A DNA stretch of 63,209 nt, counting the filler, from Reticulomyxa filosa (taxonomy: Eukaryota; Protista; Foraminifera): NCBI GenBank assembly GCA_000512085.1. It is 28 parts of 28 records of this genome, joined end to end, with 100 filler letters (N's around TTAATTAATTAA, not from the genome) between each part and the next. Parts side by side here need not be neighbours in the genome. Positions count along the whole stretch, not along the records: positions 36,456 to 37,668 come from ASPP01021136.1; positions 37,769 to 39,463 come from ASPP01017431.1; positions 39,564 to 43,436 come from ASPP01026874.1; positions 43,537 to 48,269 come from ASPP01021632.1; positions 48,370 to 49,733 come from ASPP01026049.1; positions 49,834 to 51,564 come from ASPP01020502.1; 22 more parts are not named here. One strand, 5' to 3'. The position numbers and the translations under genes are program-made. Shown piece by piece: positions 36,580 through 50,864 of the stretch (the first letter of the stretch is position 1; every line of letters begins with the position of its first letter). The notes under the pieces were generated by a model, which was given only the letters and a program-made list of their open reading frames with translations, did no database searches and had not been told where the DNA came from.

Positions 36580-36830
36580 AATTACAGCAATTCAACAACA
36601 TCACCTTGATCACAACAATTCGATTACAGCAACTTAATAACAGCAACTTAATAACAGCAACTTAATTACAGCAACTTAATTACAGCAATTCAATAACAGC
36701 AACTTAATTACAGCAATCCAATTTCAAGCAATTTAATCACAACAATCCAATTTCAAGCAATTTAATTTCAAGCAATCTAATTTCAAGCAATCTAATTCAA
36801 GCAATTTAATTTCAAGCAATCCAATTTCAT
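36580..36830. repeat. Minisatellite of 14-15 bp units (AATTACAGCAACTT grading into AATTTCAAGCAATCT)
   Basis: About 15 imperfect tandem units seen directly. Confidence 0.9.
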
Positions 36831-39563
36831 ATAATTCGATTTTAATTTAATTTAATTTTAAATTAACTTGATTTTTTTTGAAAATTTCTTATTATACAAA
36901 TTTCAAATAAGTTCCAGTATTGCATATATATATATTTTTCATATTATTATTTTCATATCATTGACTGATAATATAAAAAGGTGCCATTTGGAGCAATTTG
37001 GAATACAGTCGAATCATTTCAACTTTCTTTTGCTATTAATTATTTTGTCTTTGTCTTTGGTATCAAATTGGTTTATTACAAATTGTTTGATTTTTCCATA
37101 TTAATTTATAGTTAAACTATAACATTATCATTGGATAGTGTTTAATATTCGACCATATTTTATTCTTTGTGAAAACTGTTTCAGTATAAATTTTTTTCGT
37201 TCAATACTACAAATAATAACTGCTAACAAAACACAATTGATATCATTTTTTATCATTTGCACTTTCTTTACTGACTGACTAAAACAATTTTATTTACATC
37301 ACAAGTGCTAGAATCCAAACATAACATTTTTGCTCCTTTTATATTTTATGTCTTAAAGTCTAATCAAATTTAAAATTACAAAAAATTTCATCATCTCTTT
37401 TTCTTAGAATAGTATAATATCTTTCAAAAAAAAAAATACACCAATTAGTTTCTGAATATTTTATTTAAAAGTAACGAAAGTCTTTCACTGAGAAGGAAAA
37501 AGATATCTCCCACTGATATAGAAAAAATATAAATTTTAATGTTTTTATTTTTATTTGTCCTTTTTGACAAATTGTGATTGCAACAACGTCTTTCCAAAAA
37601 CTCATTCATTCTTTTTTTGTTATCTCGAAATTTCCATTGTTCAAATTCCAACAATAATTGAAATATCTNNNNNNNNNNNNNNNNNNNNNNNNNNNNNNNN
37701 NNNNNNNNNNNNTTAATTAATTAANNNNNNNNNNNNNNNNNNNNNNNNNNNNNNNNNNNNNNNNNNNNACTTTTATTAAAAACAAAATACATTTTTGGAC
37801 TCACCACGATATATATATTTCATTTAAGCAAAAGTTTGAAAAGTTTTTTTTTAATAAATTTGATTGTAATTTTTTGAGTCAGTTCATTTTAGGGGATTTT
37901 TTTTTGTATGTTAATAAAAGATCATGTCAATTAATTACTTTGCAATTATTGTATCATGATATTACTTTGAAAATTGGTCGAAGTGTCAGTATTATTGCTT
38001 TCTTGTACATACATTTAATAATTGTCAATTAACTGTTAAAAATACTTTACAGAATTCATGCAATACGATATTAAAGAATTGTTACTGCTAAATGAAAATT
38101 GTGTTATCAATTGCTGCAATGTATCAATGTAACACAGTATAAATGGTTAACGCAAAGCAAAGGAAAACAACAACTAAAAAAAAAGAAATTTAACATTATC
38201 TCTTCAATGGATGGCATTTTATGCTTGCAGTTTGTTTTTTTTGCAACTTAATGTGGTATTCATTTCAAACACAAAGAAGTTTCATTTATACTGTTGAAAA
38301 AAAAAAAATGATGATGTGCCAATTTACTTGTTTGTAACAGTTCTATGGACTTTTTATCTCAAGGTTAGAATGTAATCAAGAAGTCTTTGATCATCCTGAG
38401 TTTTTTTGACTTTTAAAGCGTACCTATAAAAATAAATATTCTTTTCGTAAACTAACAAAAATTCATTTGTTAATTTTATGTAATTTGTCTTTTTTCTCAA
38501 TTCAAATCAATATCCCTTTATTGATACTCTCATTGTAAAATTTGGATCTCAAAAAGCAAATCTTCTTTTGTTTCATTTAATCAGGTAGAAATTTGAACAA
38601 ATACACATTAAATCCCAATTGGAGTTGTCGTTTTTTTTTTTACTTTCATTTGGATTAGTTTGTGAATGATTCCATTGTACAACACAATATCCAATTAGTT
38701 GGAGATCATTGAGATAAGGGTAGCTGTATTTATACTATTTTTTTCATAGTATGATATTATCTTTGAGTATGGAACTAGACAAGCTTTTTGGAAAAACAAT
38801 TTTCTATTTACACAAACAAAAACAGTATCATTTTCAAAAATATTAAAAAATGGCTCACAATTTTAAATATTACCACATTTTTATTAAAAAATACTGATTA
38901 AAAGTAATTTTTCGGTTTTGTACAGATTTTTTAAAATCAGGCTAATTTTATTCAGGAATTTCTGAAGATATTTTTCTTGAATTATTTACATAAAAGGACT
39001 TTGTGGTATAAAATCGAATAAAAATATTTTTATTTATTTCAGTTACATTAATATCTTCAAAACATGATCGGATAAAAACAGAAAATCAGCTAAAGTGTGG
39101 TTACAAGGGGCATAGTTCGATTTTTTTTATTTTAGCAGATGTAATGTTTTTTTTTTGAAAACAAGCTAAAAGCTCTTGTTCCTTACCTACTATTGTTAGT
39201 GAACATGAAGATACTTTCATGTGATTACAAGCAAGGTTTTGATTTTTTTTTTTGTTCAACCTCAGTCACCGTTATGAAATATTGGGGAAAATAATGTATT
39301 TGATTACAATAGACTCACGCAAAAGAGGACAACCACTTGTGCACGAACAACAACTTTTATTTTATCAATATTAATAATCACAAACAATTTATAACTTCTC
39401 TCCCAAGACTTTTTTGAATTGTGAAATAAAGAATTTTTGAATGAGTGATAATCAAAGGGAAAGNNNNNNNNNNNNNNNNNNNNNNNNNNNNNNNNNNNNN
39501 NNNNNNNTTAATTAATTAANNNNNNNNNNNNNNNNNNNNNNNNNNNNNNNNNNNNNNNNNNNN

Positions 39564-40129
39564 ACGGTCATTGTATTTATTTAAGTTTGTGTAAAACATT
39601 AAATTATTTTTTGGTTAGAGTAGATAATCGATCGATGGGCACAGTTCCACTCGAGACACCTCATCCAAAGAATGGTGAATTTATTCAACCTTATTTGGTT
39701 GCTTATTTTAAATCAAATGGTTCAAATATTGATAAAAACAAGACATGGTTGGAGAAATATATTAAAAATGCAACAATATTGAGAGATGATGATAGCGACA
39801 AGAGTATGATGCACTTATATTGTAGTAATAAATCATCTCCTCGTGAGGGAGATGTATCATCAATAGTGAAACATTGGCCATATCGTCCAATTCAAACAGA
39901 TGCAGATAATTGTTATATGAGAAATCACAATGTTGGATATCGAATTCGTTTGGGTGATGATATTTATCGATGGCTTTGTAATCAGGAACGCAGAAGTCTT
40001 GTTTTCAATGAAACTGATTACAAGACTGTCATTAATGAAGAAAAGAGTAATAATGAAAATATAAAGAATGGAGTAAAAGATCGAAATGAATCAAATGAGT
40101 CAAACAAATGCTCATTATCAAATCCCTAG
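39564..40129 (+). CDS. Hypothetical protein fragment (possibly a pseudogene)
   Basis: 180-codon frame of protein-like composition in AT-rich DNA. The downstream continuation (40130-40423) appears interrupted by stops. Confidence 0.35.
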
Positions 40130-41404
40130 TCATCCAGAATTGATGAACGTCCTTTCAAAGCAATTAAAAGTGAAATATAATGATACAATGAAATAGCAGT
40201 GGAACAAGCTCTTGTCGCAAAAGTAAACATTCATACAATTCAAAATGGAGCATTTTATCATCGTGATGAATCAACCAATCAAACCTATTTTCAATTGTAT
40301 CTTACTTTGACTGAACGAAACCAATTTTATCGATTTTACAAATCAAACTTATTAAAAGTATTACAGGAATATATCATGAATGGTTTGATTATTTTGACAC
40401 CCATATGTTTCAATCTCAAGTGATCCCTTTGTTATCTCTTGATAAATAAACGTTTAGTTCGTTTCTGAATTTGATGAAAAATTTTTGTCATTTGCTCAAT
40501 TGACATTTAGCCAAAAAAAAAATTTCAAAACAAATTTTTCATTGGTATTCAAAAATTATATGTCTTCCTTTAATATGTTCAATGTTAAATTTTTATTTGT
40601 TTATCCTAAGTTATGCTTTAAAATATCTCTCTTCTATGATATCTTTCCTACTGGTGAGAAAGGGCTAATGATAGCACTTTCTTTATCCTCGATTTTTGAA
40701 TTAAATATTTGTTTATTTTTTAAAGTTTTTTAAATGGGGAAAAGTAAATGTCAGGATATCAGTTAATTATGAACAATTCATAATCACAATTACAACCATA
40801 GCTGACACACATGCTAAAAAAAACCTTTCTTCATTATGTTACTCTTGTAAACGATTCAAGGTAATGTTAGCACTATCACTTCTGTAAGTCAATGTTTTTT
40901 TTTTTAATGCAGATTGGATTATTCTTTCTATTTGTTCTAAAAATTATCTTACTTTTAAATTGTCTTTAACTTAAGTAAGAACATGAAAGATAAAAAAATA
41001 AAAAAATGGAACTACCCTTTTTTAAAACACTTTATTGATATTTCAAATAAATCAAATCAAATCATTTTATAACAACTTCAGATCTTTTTTTATGTTATTT
41101 TTGCATTATTCTTTTAGAATTAGTTGACCTAAAAAACATATTTAATTCTTTAAAAATGTGTCGTAGATGTGCTTATTTTTGAACATAAGATTATTTATTT
41201 AAAATGATAATTAGATATTTTCTAAAGAAATGTAATGTATGAACGAACATTGTATTCATTTATGATCTGAAAAAAGAAATTCGAATTATCAAAACAAGCA
41301 ATATTCATAAAAATATATTATATGAATATGTTCATGAAATGACTTGTCTTCTTTGTTATTTGCATGAACAATGTTCAAACTTCGTAAACATTTGTTGCAA
41401 AAGA

Positions 41405-43312
41405 CAGTTCTGTTCAAAACAAAAAATGTTATTGAAAAATTTTTTAAAAAGTGTTGTTCATGTACTTATTTTTGAACATACAACGCTTTACACATAAATA
41501 ATAATTTTTATACAATTTAAGCAAGTGCAAACTTTTACTTCCACTGCAACAATAAAAAAAACTTATGTAAATTATAGTTTATTAATATCACACAATTCAA
41601 AAAAATCATTGTGTGATTTCAAATGACTTACTACTTATGTCATTTACTATAACAAATTATAGATCAACACAATAAATGATATTGTTTTTGAATCATTTGA
41701 TAAATTTGATTATATCATCAAATATTTGCAATATGATAAAAAAAAAGGAACCGCTGAAATTGTCAATAGTATCGATGATTCTACAAGTATAAACATTACC
41801 AAACAGTTATACTGGGTTGTACTTACAAAAATTATGTAGACAAATGATGATGCACAAGTGACATTATAATTCATTGGCATCATTTTGCAAACTTGTTTGT
41901 AATTTTTCGAATGTAGTAAACGTATACGTCATTTGTTGTTCATCATCTGGAGATTGGAAGAGAAGACCAAACAAATGAATTTTGTTGTGTAAATCAACGT
42001 CAACTGACCGTCAAAAGGCTTTTTCTTCAATGAAAGGTAAAGTTGAATGAATGTAACAAGAAGTTATTTTTGATGGACGTCTTTCTTTGCTTGAAAAAAA
42101 TATATAACAATTTAGTTATTGCACTATTTCAATCAGCTGTCTTCCTTTTTTTAAGATAATAATTGTTTAATTATGCAAGAAGATGAACATAAATAGATCG
42201 TGCAAAGAAAATCATCTGTAAAAACGATATTTGTTATTCTTTCAAATCAAAGAAACTTTATCCATGTGCAAAATATTTGTTGATGTCCGAATACTTTATT
42301 TTAAAAAACGGCAACGACATCATTAAATAGCAAATAAAGTTTTTGCAAAGCTAGAAAAAAAAATCCTTTATGACGTATACTTTTTTGTATTGTCGGCCTT
42401 TTTGTGCTGATATGACATTATTTGTATCTGTTTCCATTATTCTGTAATTAAAGCTAAAAAAAAATACTTCAAAAATCTTCAAAATATTATCCAATTGCTT
42501 TGTTTAATTTCTTTAAGAGATATTCAATAGATTGTGAATAAAATTTAGAGTTTACTTCATTGTTATCTTTGAGTCTATTGATCAAATATGAAAAAGAGTA
42601 TTGATTTACGTTTCATTCAATCCATTGCAATTTCTCTAATTAAATAGCTAGATATACAACAAGTCGAACACTTTTGAAGTATTTTGTTTAGCTTTAATAA
42701 CAAAATAACAAAAATTTATATTATAATATCGTGTTTGCAGAAAAACGCTGACAAAGCAAAGAATATACGTAATAAAGGATTTTTTCTATCTTTGCGAAAC
42801 ATTATCGAAATAAAAGTATTTGGATATCAGTAAATTTTTTGTATATTAGACAAAGTAAACAACTCACTTCTTTTGTTTGAAAGAATAACAAATATTCTTT
42901 TTTCTACAGACGATTTTATTGTATGGTCCGTTGATATTAATCTTCTTGCATGATTACATAAACATTATCTAAAAAAAGAGGAAAATTTATTTTAGAAAAA
43001 TCTGTAATGTGATTAGAATTAATAAAATGTTTGATAATTACACAAGCAAGTTTACTGAGCTAGTAGTCAATTGATTCTGAACGATTCTACGTCCACTTAT
43101 TCGCTTTCATTGTTTGCCTGCATTAATTTTTTTGTAAATTCATAATGAATACAAGTTTTCTTATTATTTCAATAATTAAATTTATTTAAATTAGGTAAAA
43201 ATTATCATTATTTAAATATGTAGTACTACGCTCGAAAATAAACACATGAATAACACGTTTTTAAAATTCTTTTATTCAACAATTTTTATTTTTTCTTTTG
43301 TTTTAAACAGAA
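41405..43312. mobile_element. Old foldback/MITE-like element: long diverged inverted repeats (inner arms ~42140-42535 and ~42615-42985; outer arms ~41405-41480 and ~43228-43312)
   Basis: Collinear reverse-complement matches: AATCCTTTATGACGTATA / TATACGTAATAAAGGATT, ATATTTGTTATTCTTTCAAA / TTTGAAAGAATAACAAATAT, ATGCAAGAAGAT / ATCTTCTTGCAT, TTAAAGCTAAA..ATACTTCAAAA / TTTTGAAGTAT..TTTAGCTTTAA. No coding capacity. Confidence 0.6.
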
Positions 43313-45444
43313 TTTTTTTATTATGTGTAAGATATCTGTATATATAAAACAAATCGAAACAATCTTTATTTGTGTGTCATTCCAACAATTACTGCTAACA
43401 TTAAATAAAAAATCGTCCAAATAAACTTTTTTTTTTNNNNNNNNNNNNNNNNNNNNNNNNNNNNNNNNNNNNNNNNNNNNTTAATTAATTAANNNNNNNN
43501 NNNNNNNNNNNNNNNNNNNNNNNNNNNNNNNNNNNNCGAAGCCATTGGAACATCGTAGATGGGATTGCCACGACTGATGACTACACCTCCAGCTATGATC
43601 GTAACTAGCATTGATCTAATTTCAGACAGCATAGCACTCACAAAGATAATCGAATCAATAACAACAGCAATAGCAATAATAATAATAACGACGACACATT
43701 TGGAGATGCTTCGAACGATAGCGTCACTAATGGCAACAACAGTGATATTGACGATAACAACAACACGATCTTTCTTCTAACAAAAGCAAGAAGAACATGT
43801 TCATGATCAACTGTAAAAGCAAAAAAAAAGTTTAAAATACGTATATGTATCAAAAGATGTAAAAAAAATTGTGACAGTAATGAAATGAAAAATAAAAAGA
43901 CTTACGAATATTGAAGCAGTTGAAATGCAGTTTGTTGGACCTGATGGAGGCAAGAGCTGTTCTTATAGCTATATAAGAACAAGAATATGCAGAAGATATG
44001 TTTAAAAGCTATTGGAAACCAAATGTGAAAACTTGGTCATAAAACTAGAGCAACAATAGAAATAAAAGAGTTATTTAGAACAATTTGAGTCAACCAAATA
44101 GATAATGCAAATGTAAATGCAATTGCAAAGGAGGAAAAAGATACGTCGACTACAGTATCGGAACTGATAATGCGCAATGACAAGTGATCCGACTGAGAAA
44201 GGCGTTTTTGCAATCGATATTCACGGACACTACGGAAGAAATATCGCTGGATCACCACGAGTCTTGAAACGTGTGCTGCGCTACGACAACATCGAGTACT
44301 TTCTCATCATATCACAAATTGATGCTACGGAAATCCATTTGGTAATAAATATATATGCATATAATTGTTTATATTTATGGAAATCATGTTGTGTAAAAAT
44401 GTATTGACTGTATTCTAAACGAGTATTTATCGACAATTTGTAAGCAAATGTCACACAAAGTATCTGAGTATGCTGTGCAAATCTATGGTTGCGAGTGATA
44501 TAACGACTGATGCAGTATTGCACTTTGGCGCAAATGCAGCCAATCTACAAAGAGATTTTGCAGAACGTCACGAAGATTTGCAACAACTAATACTCTAATT
44601 ATGTAATTCAAATGATGCTCAAGTTATATAAAGGAGTGTTACTGACCACCAATTAGTAACTGTCATTGTACTTAAGTCAACTCATATGCAATATTTCTTT
44701 TGCTATGATAGTGTGTGTTTGTTTAGATATAGATTGAAGTAAAAAATGAGAAAAGAATTTGAATTAAAAGAAAGATGTATTGTTATTAGATAGCTTCATG
44801 ACTGATAGCAATGGACAAGTGATATTAAATAGAATAAACACATGCAAACGAGAATTTAAAATTGTTGCAACAAAATCACCATTATTTCCTTTGTTATTGC
44901 TGTTGTAGATCAATAACACCACAATATAGTTTAAAATCTATCTAATTCAATGTGGAAGGTTGCGGATGATGTAGTATCGTGTATATTCATTACACAAGTA
45001 AAGAAAATAGTTGGAAATACAATTAACATTAGCATAAATGTAAATTGTTATTGGCACCAAACAAGACACAATCAATCACTTTCAAAAAAAAACAAAAGAA
45101 GTATCCAAAGATGAAATTGAAATAAAATGATATTGATATTTATTAAGAAGGCCATGTCAATATTTAGGATTAATTGTGGACCAACTAATGATATTCTAGC
45201 AACATATTAATCACATTTATGGTAAATTATCAAAAACAATTGGATATTTAACATTACAAAAAATATTCACAAGCTTATCTATATATAATTTATTATAAAA
45301 TAATAATACATCATTGGAATATGACTATAATCCTGAAATGAACCAGAATAATCACATACTTTTATTTTTCCACTTATTGTTTGTTGTTTGCCCACATCTT
45401 TGAAAATATTCAAAATTTTCATAGTTTTTCGTAATTCGTCTTTT

Positions 45445-45915
45445 TTTTTCATTATACCTCCAATAATATATAAAATGTTTCTTTTATTAAATAGTGCAAC
45501 ACAATGTCTCAATGGGCTGGGTAAAGTGTTTTACAATATCGTCAATTTGTTTTCTCGAAATAAATACTTACAAACCGAATTTGACATAGCATATATTTAT
45601 CAACAAATAAGATGCAATCATTGACATAAACATATTCATAGCTTCGTAATGGTAAAATATCATCACAAAAAGCGTTTTATTTTCATTATATTTAATTGAT
45701 AATACTGTACTTTGGCAAAATAACAATATTTCATTCATCATTCATGACATTAATATAAAGCAATGCCATATTTTAGTTATACTATTAAAGATTAGTATGT
45801 TTAATAAATTGGAATTTAGTCAATCAAATACGCTAATATTATTTTTGTAATAAGTGGTAAATAACAAATTGTTTCTTCCACCAACCATTGCACGTTTTCC
45901 ATGATACTTATCTAA
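45445..45915 (-). pseudogene. Decayed Kelch-type beta-propeller gene copy
   Basis: Broken frames give RAMVGGRNNLLFTTYYKNNISVFD, WHCFI..NEILLFCQSTVLSIKYNEN and NTLPSPLRHCVALFNKRNILYIIGG, which are Kelch-like GG motifs interrupted by stops and frameshifts. Confidence 0.65.
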
Positions 45916-48900
45916 TTCATAACAATCCAATCCAATTAAAATGCTAAAAAGAATGTCGGATGGTGCCATATTTCAAGTCTTTGTAATAGCCAAAACGTTT
46001 CTTTTGCTCTTCTTTGGTTTTATCCGTTGAACGCATTTTAAGATATGAAAATACCAAGTGGACATAAATAACAACGAAAGGAACAACTTTCATAAATGGA
46101 ATTCGCAGATTTTTGAGCAATGCAAGACGCAAATCATCATATTAATTCTTTTTGTAATGTCCCAATGGATATAAAAGCATTGAAAGATAGAATAATTATC
46201 ATTTTCAAATATGCTTCTATTTCAATATTTTGCTGGCAATATGATAATATAGAGTGGAATCAATAACATAGTTATGACAACATAATTGTTATTTTTATAC
46301 GATTGTACGCAAAAATCAAATTTCTATGATTAGATTATTGTGACAAGAGATTTCAAAGAGATATTATTGTCTTTCCATTAATGACTCTTTAGGAATTAAA
46401 TTATATAAATAACAGTTCTTTATCACTTCATGGAACAATTTCTGCAATGAGTTGTTTCTTTTAAACTTTATATATATTGTATCTTAGATAATTTGGTGTT
46501 TGTACAAACCACATTTAAATAACATTAATTCATATCTTCAATCCATAAATTGAATAATCATTTGTAATTGCTTTTATAATGTCAGATATAACAGTTACTG
46601 CAAATGATATTTCTTCTAATTCATATTTAATTGGCATACACATAATCAAGCAATACTTTCGGATTGATTTTGATTATAATACAAGTACGATTTTCACCTG
46701 TTACAATTTAAATGGAGTCGTTTCATCATTTATTTCCAGTTGTTTGTACAATGACAAAATTAGTACTTGCAATTATGTGTTTTGTGATAACCTTTATGTC
46801 AATGTCTATTGAGCAATTTCCTCATTTGAATACTATCGTTTAAATCCGAAAATTGAATGATATGCAATTGACTTATAATGGTTCCAAATATATTTTCCTA
46901 CTCTTTTTTTGCTATGGTTTGCCAATCAGCATGTTTATTGTAAGGAAATGTCTCTATCGCTGCCTTTATCGACTCGGATACTACTGATTGTTGCGTCGAC
47001 TCTGTTACTGGATCAGGAATTGTTGTTTTCTGTGGTGAAGACATCGTCGGTGATTTTCCATTGATGGATCTGTATGACTTGTAGTTCTTATGCTAAATCA
47101 ACACATCATACTTACTGTTGGTGTCAATGTCTTCTGTGACTTTGAAGCCTTTCTATTGGTCGCCAAATAATCTATTATTCGCTGTTCGCCCATTCTTTGG
47201 TGTTGACTTCCGGATGGAATATCATGCGAATGAATGTGCGTTCCTGGTGATCGGTTTAATGGAAGTTGTCCTCCTTCGGGTGATGTTGTCACTCGGGATC
47301 GTTTGGTCCGCTTGGCTATCTTGCGACATTCGTGTTATTTTGCCACGTTCAAAAACAACATGTTCATTTGTTCATGCGATTTTTCCGATGAGCGATAAAG
47401 CAGCAAGTTTTGGTTGTCGAATATTATTGTTAGAACTGCAAAAGATGGAGCACATATTTATTTATATATTTGTATATAATACAATGGAGATTTCTATTAT
47501 CTCGCTCATGCTCTTGCATAAGCGCAATGCTCTCGATTTGGACGCTTTCATCACTAATTCGGTTGATATAATTCATTCACTCATTGCGAAAATATCATCT
47601 TTTTTTTTACATTTTATGTCTTTATACATTTACAATATTTGTTACAATATCTTTGTATATTCCTTCATCTACTTCTCCTTTACATTTTCATTTAACTAGT
47701 ATTTGCTGCTGATTCAAATTATCCAAATATTTTCCAATTGTCTTTGATTCCGCTTTTTGATTTGCGACTGTTTGTTGTTGGATGGAATGATGTGCACACT
47801 TCCATCTCCCCCTTTTTTTTACAAAAACAGTATACATATATATGCATACATATGTATATGCGTATCAACTCTTAGGTATTGATAGTCAGATTTAGTCACT
47901 AACTTGGCGGCCAATACGTCATCATAGATAAAATCCGTTAGAACTACATCCTTTGTGGGGTTCTATCCTAACAGCATCTCTATATTCGATCGACAACAGA
48001 TAAACAACTGAAACTGCATGTGCTGGCTTTGGCTTTTTTTCTCAAGGCTTCGCTTTCGCCATGTTGTGTCTTCACATCGACGTTCTCTTCTACAAACTTC
48101 AGCTTTGAGCTTTTGTGGCTTCTATGAGACTTATGATGGTTGGAAGATGTTGATCTGCCACTATCATGTGGAGTTTTCGGCCGGGAAGATTGGCTTCTCA
48201 GTCATTATCTTCAACTTTAAAAAGGGTAAGTATCAAGGTTTTTTGAACCAAGCAAAAAACTCAACGTACNNNNNNNNNNNNNNNNNNNNNNNNNNNNNNN
48301 NNNNNNNNNNNNNTTAATTAATTAANNNNNNNNNNNNNNNNNNNNNNNNNNNNNNNNNNNNNNNNNNNNATGCATGTATATTCCAATACGTCAAGTGTGT
48401 TTGGGTGACACCAAACTTCAACCGTTACTAAAAATATAAAAAATAATCTTATTTGAAATTGTTTTATTTTTTAAAAAATAAATTTTTCTTCCTTCCAATA
48501 TCAAATCTGCAACAAGTGATCAAAACCAAAAACATTCTTATGCTTGTACTGTTTATTGAGAACAAAATACAAATGTTTGTATTTTTTTCTTTCACTTGAA
48601 TCAAAGTGAATCAAACAAAAGTTTTTAAAAAATTAAATTTTGATTGAAAATCACGTCCGTTTTGATGTCAAATTGTCCAGTTAAAAGAACATTTACAAAA
48701 AATATTACCTTTTTCTTTTTTTAGATAGTCTTGGTCCCTTTCAATTTTTGAACAAAGGAAGGTTGCATCACACTTCTACTTTCTACGCAACTTACGCATG
48801 AATACTAAGCATAGTTATGCTGAACGTGCCTCACGCGTCGTATTCAGTCAAGGGCTCATCATACTGTGGGGGCAGGATAGTTCTGCCTTACGTGACGCTT

Positions 48901-49845
48901 CGAAATCTCAATGTCTGCACTATAGCACAGTTGCTATCAATTGGCAAGGAAGTATTCCATGCTCACGGAAGTTGCGAATGCAATGTAGTACTACTCAATG
49001 CCTTTTACTTCCAAAAGAAGAAGAAGAAAGTGATGTTAACAATGGTAGTGCGATAACTAATGAATACAGTTCTGCCAGTGTATGAATAACATCAATAACA
49101 ACTATTCAAATCTGTGAACTGGCAAACAAGACACTGCTCAACCTCATTGCGCGAACAATGGCACATGCGTTGCAGACAATCAATGCAACTGTATGTATGT
49201 GTACGACAATAATATATCCTTGGCTCCATTTTTAACAGGTTTGTTAAAAAATATTTATGATCAATAAATAATAAATAATAAACGATAAGAATCATTTAAT
49301 ATATGCACACATGCATTACAAAAAATAAATTAATAATAATAAAATAAAAAAAATGTACATCATCTATTCGTTATCCTACAGGAGTCCGACAGTTACAGAA
49401 GTGTTCTTGCTTAATTCCCTAGGCACAATTGGTGAGATTGCTGTAGCTTGTGTTGTTGTAATTGAAGTGATTGGAATAATAATCTTTGTTTTGGTTTTCA
49501 AAAATTATGCACGTGCTGTGGCCAGTACAATACAGCAGCGAACACTGGACCAGATAGAGTCCATTCCAAGAAACCAAAGACAGCCACTTTGGAGCCAGAA
49601 CACATACAAACAACGACTGTTCCAACAGATGTTGCTGGTGTTATCATTGACAACGAAGGACTGGCCGATAACTCCATAAAAATCTAATTGTACCATTCTT
49701 TTCATAATTATGTTGCGAGCTTTTTTCTTTTTTNNNNNNNNNNNNNNNNNNNNNNNNNNNNNNNNNNNNNNNNNNNNTTAATTAATTAANNNNNNNNNNN
49801 NNNNNNNNNNNNNNNNNNNNNNNNNNNNNNNNNTTAATACTCAAC

Positions 49846-50351
49846 TTTTCCTGTGCCTGTCGGACCCATCATCAATATATTCATTGGCAACACTACATAT
49901 TATTATTATTATTATATATTCGTGCCATGCTTCAATTGTCACATTGCTAAACTTGTAGTACAACACAAAAAATCACATTTGTCAAATAACCTTCTTTTCT
50001 CAGAACATCGTCCAATTGCTGCCTTCTCCAACGGTTACGCAACGATACTGCCACTGCTTTCTTTGCCTTTTTTTGTCCGATTATATATCTATCCAAATCT
50101 TCCACTATCTTCTTTGGTGTCATCGACTCCACGTACGTCTCTCTTTCCACCACATTTCGCTCTCCTGCAACAAACACTCTCTTGTTCGTTGTGCTCTTCT
50201 CTTGCTCACTGCCTCCACTTTCCGTCGCGCTCGTCGACATTCGCGTCTTTCCTCCACGAAGAGAATATGAAAGCCCCAACGGCATATGTCCAGGTCTATA
50301 GCATTTATGTCGGACGATACTTGATACTGATTGACGAAATAGGCGCAACAT
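49846..50351 (-). CDS. hslU: Mitochondrial HslU (ClpY) AAA+ ATPase subunit, N-terminal exons (3'-partial)
   Basis: Arg/Ser-rich transit peptide, then [37 protein letters not shown]. After the intron 49893-49990 it continues [16 protein letters not shown] (Walker A). Confidence 0.95.
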
Positions 50352-50864
50352 TATGGAGTAAAAATTATTTATTTGCTTTTTAATAATGGCTTATTAAAAA
50401 AAAAAACACAAAAAGCTCCTTCCACTTCCCTTTCTCTCTCTCAAAACAATGTCTTTTATGTTCATTTCCCATCGTAGGTAATAAGAAATTTTAGTTTTCC
50501 TTCCAAAAGTAAAGTTTTTCCAAAAAAAAAAAAGCAAGTAAAGTGTGTTCAATGATTTATCTCATGGAATCAGCTTCGTCACATACTTTTTATCACGTTT
50601 CACTTGAATGTGAACCTCTCAGTTTGGGGACACCGCTGAAAAGACGTTTTTTGGCCGTTGAAACGTCAAACAAAGTTTACGCTACTCTTCTCTTTTGAAA
50701 CTTTGGATCTCTCCCATGTATTATTCAAAGTTTTAGCTATTTTAATTTTTCCCTCCTCTCAACATCTTTGCCAGTTTTGCAAATCTCTTGGGCTGAGTTA
50801 GTGAAATCTTCCTGCCCATTGCAAGCTTGGTGAAAGACTTGGGACAAGTAATCAAACACTAAAA

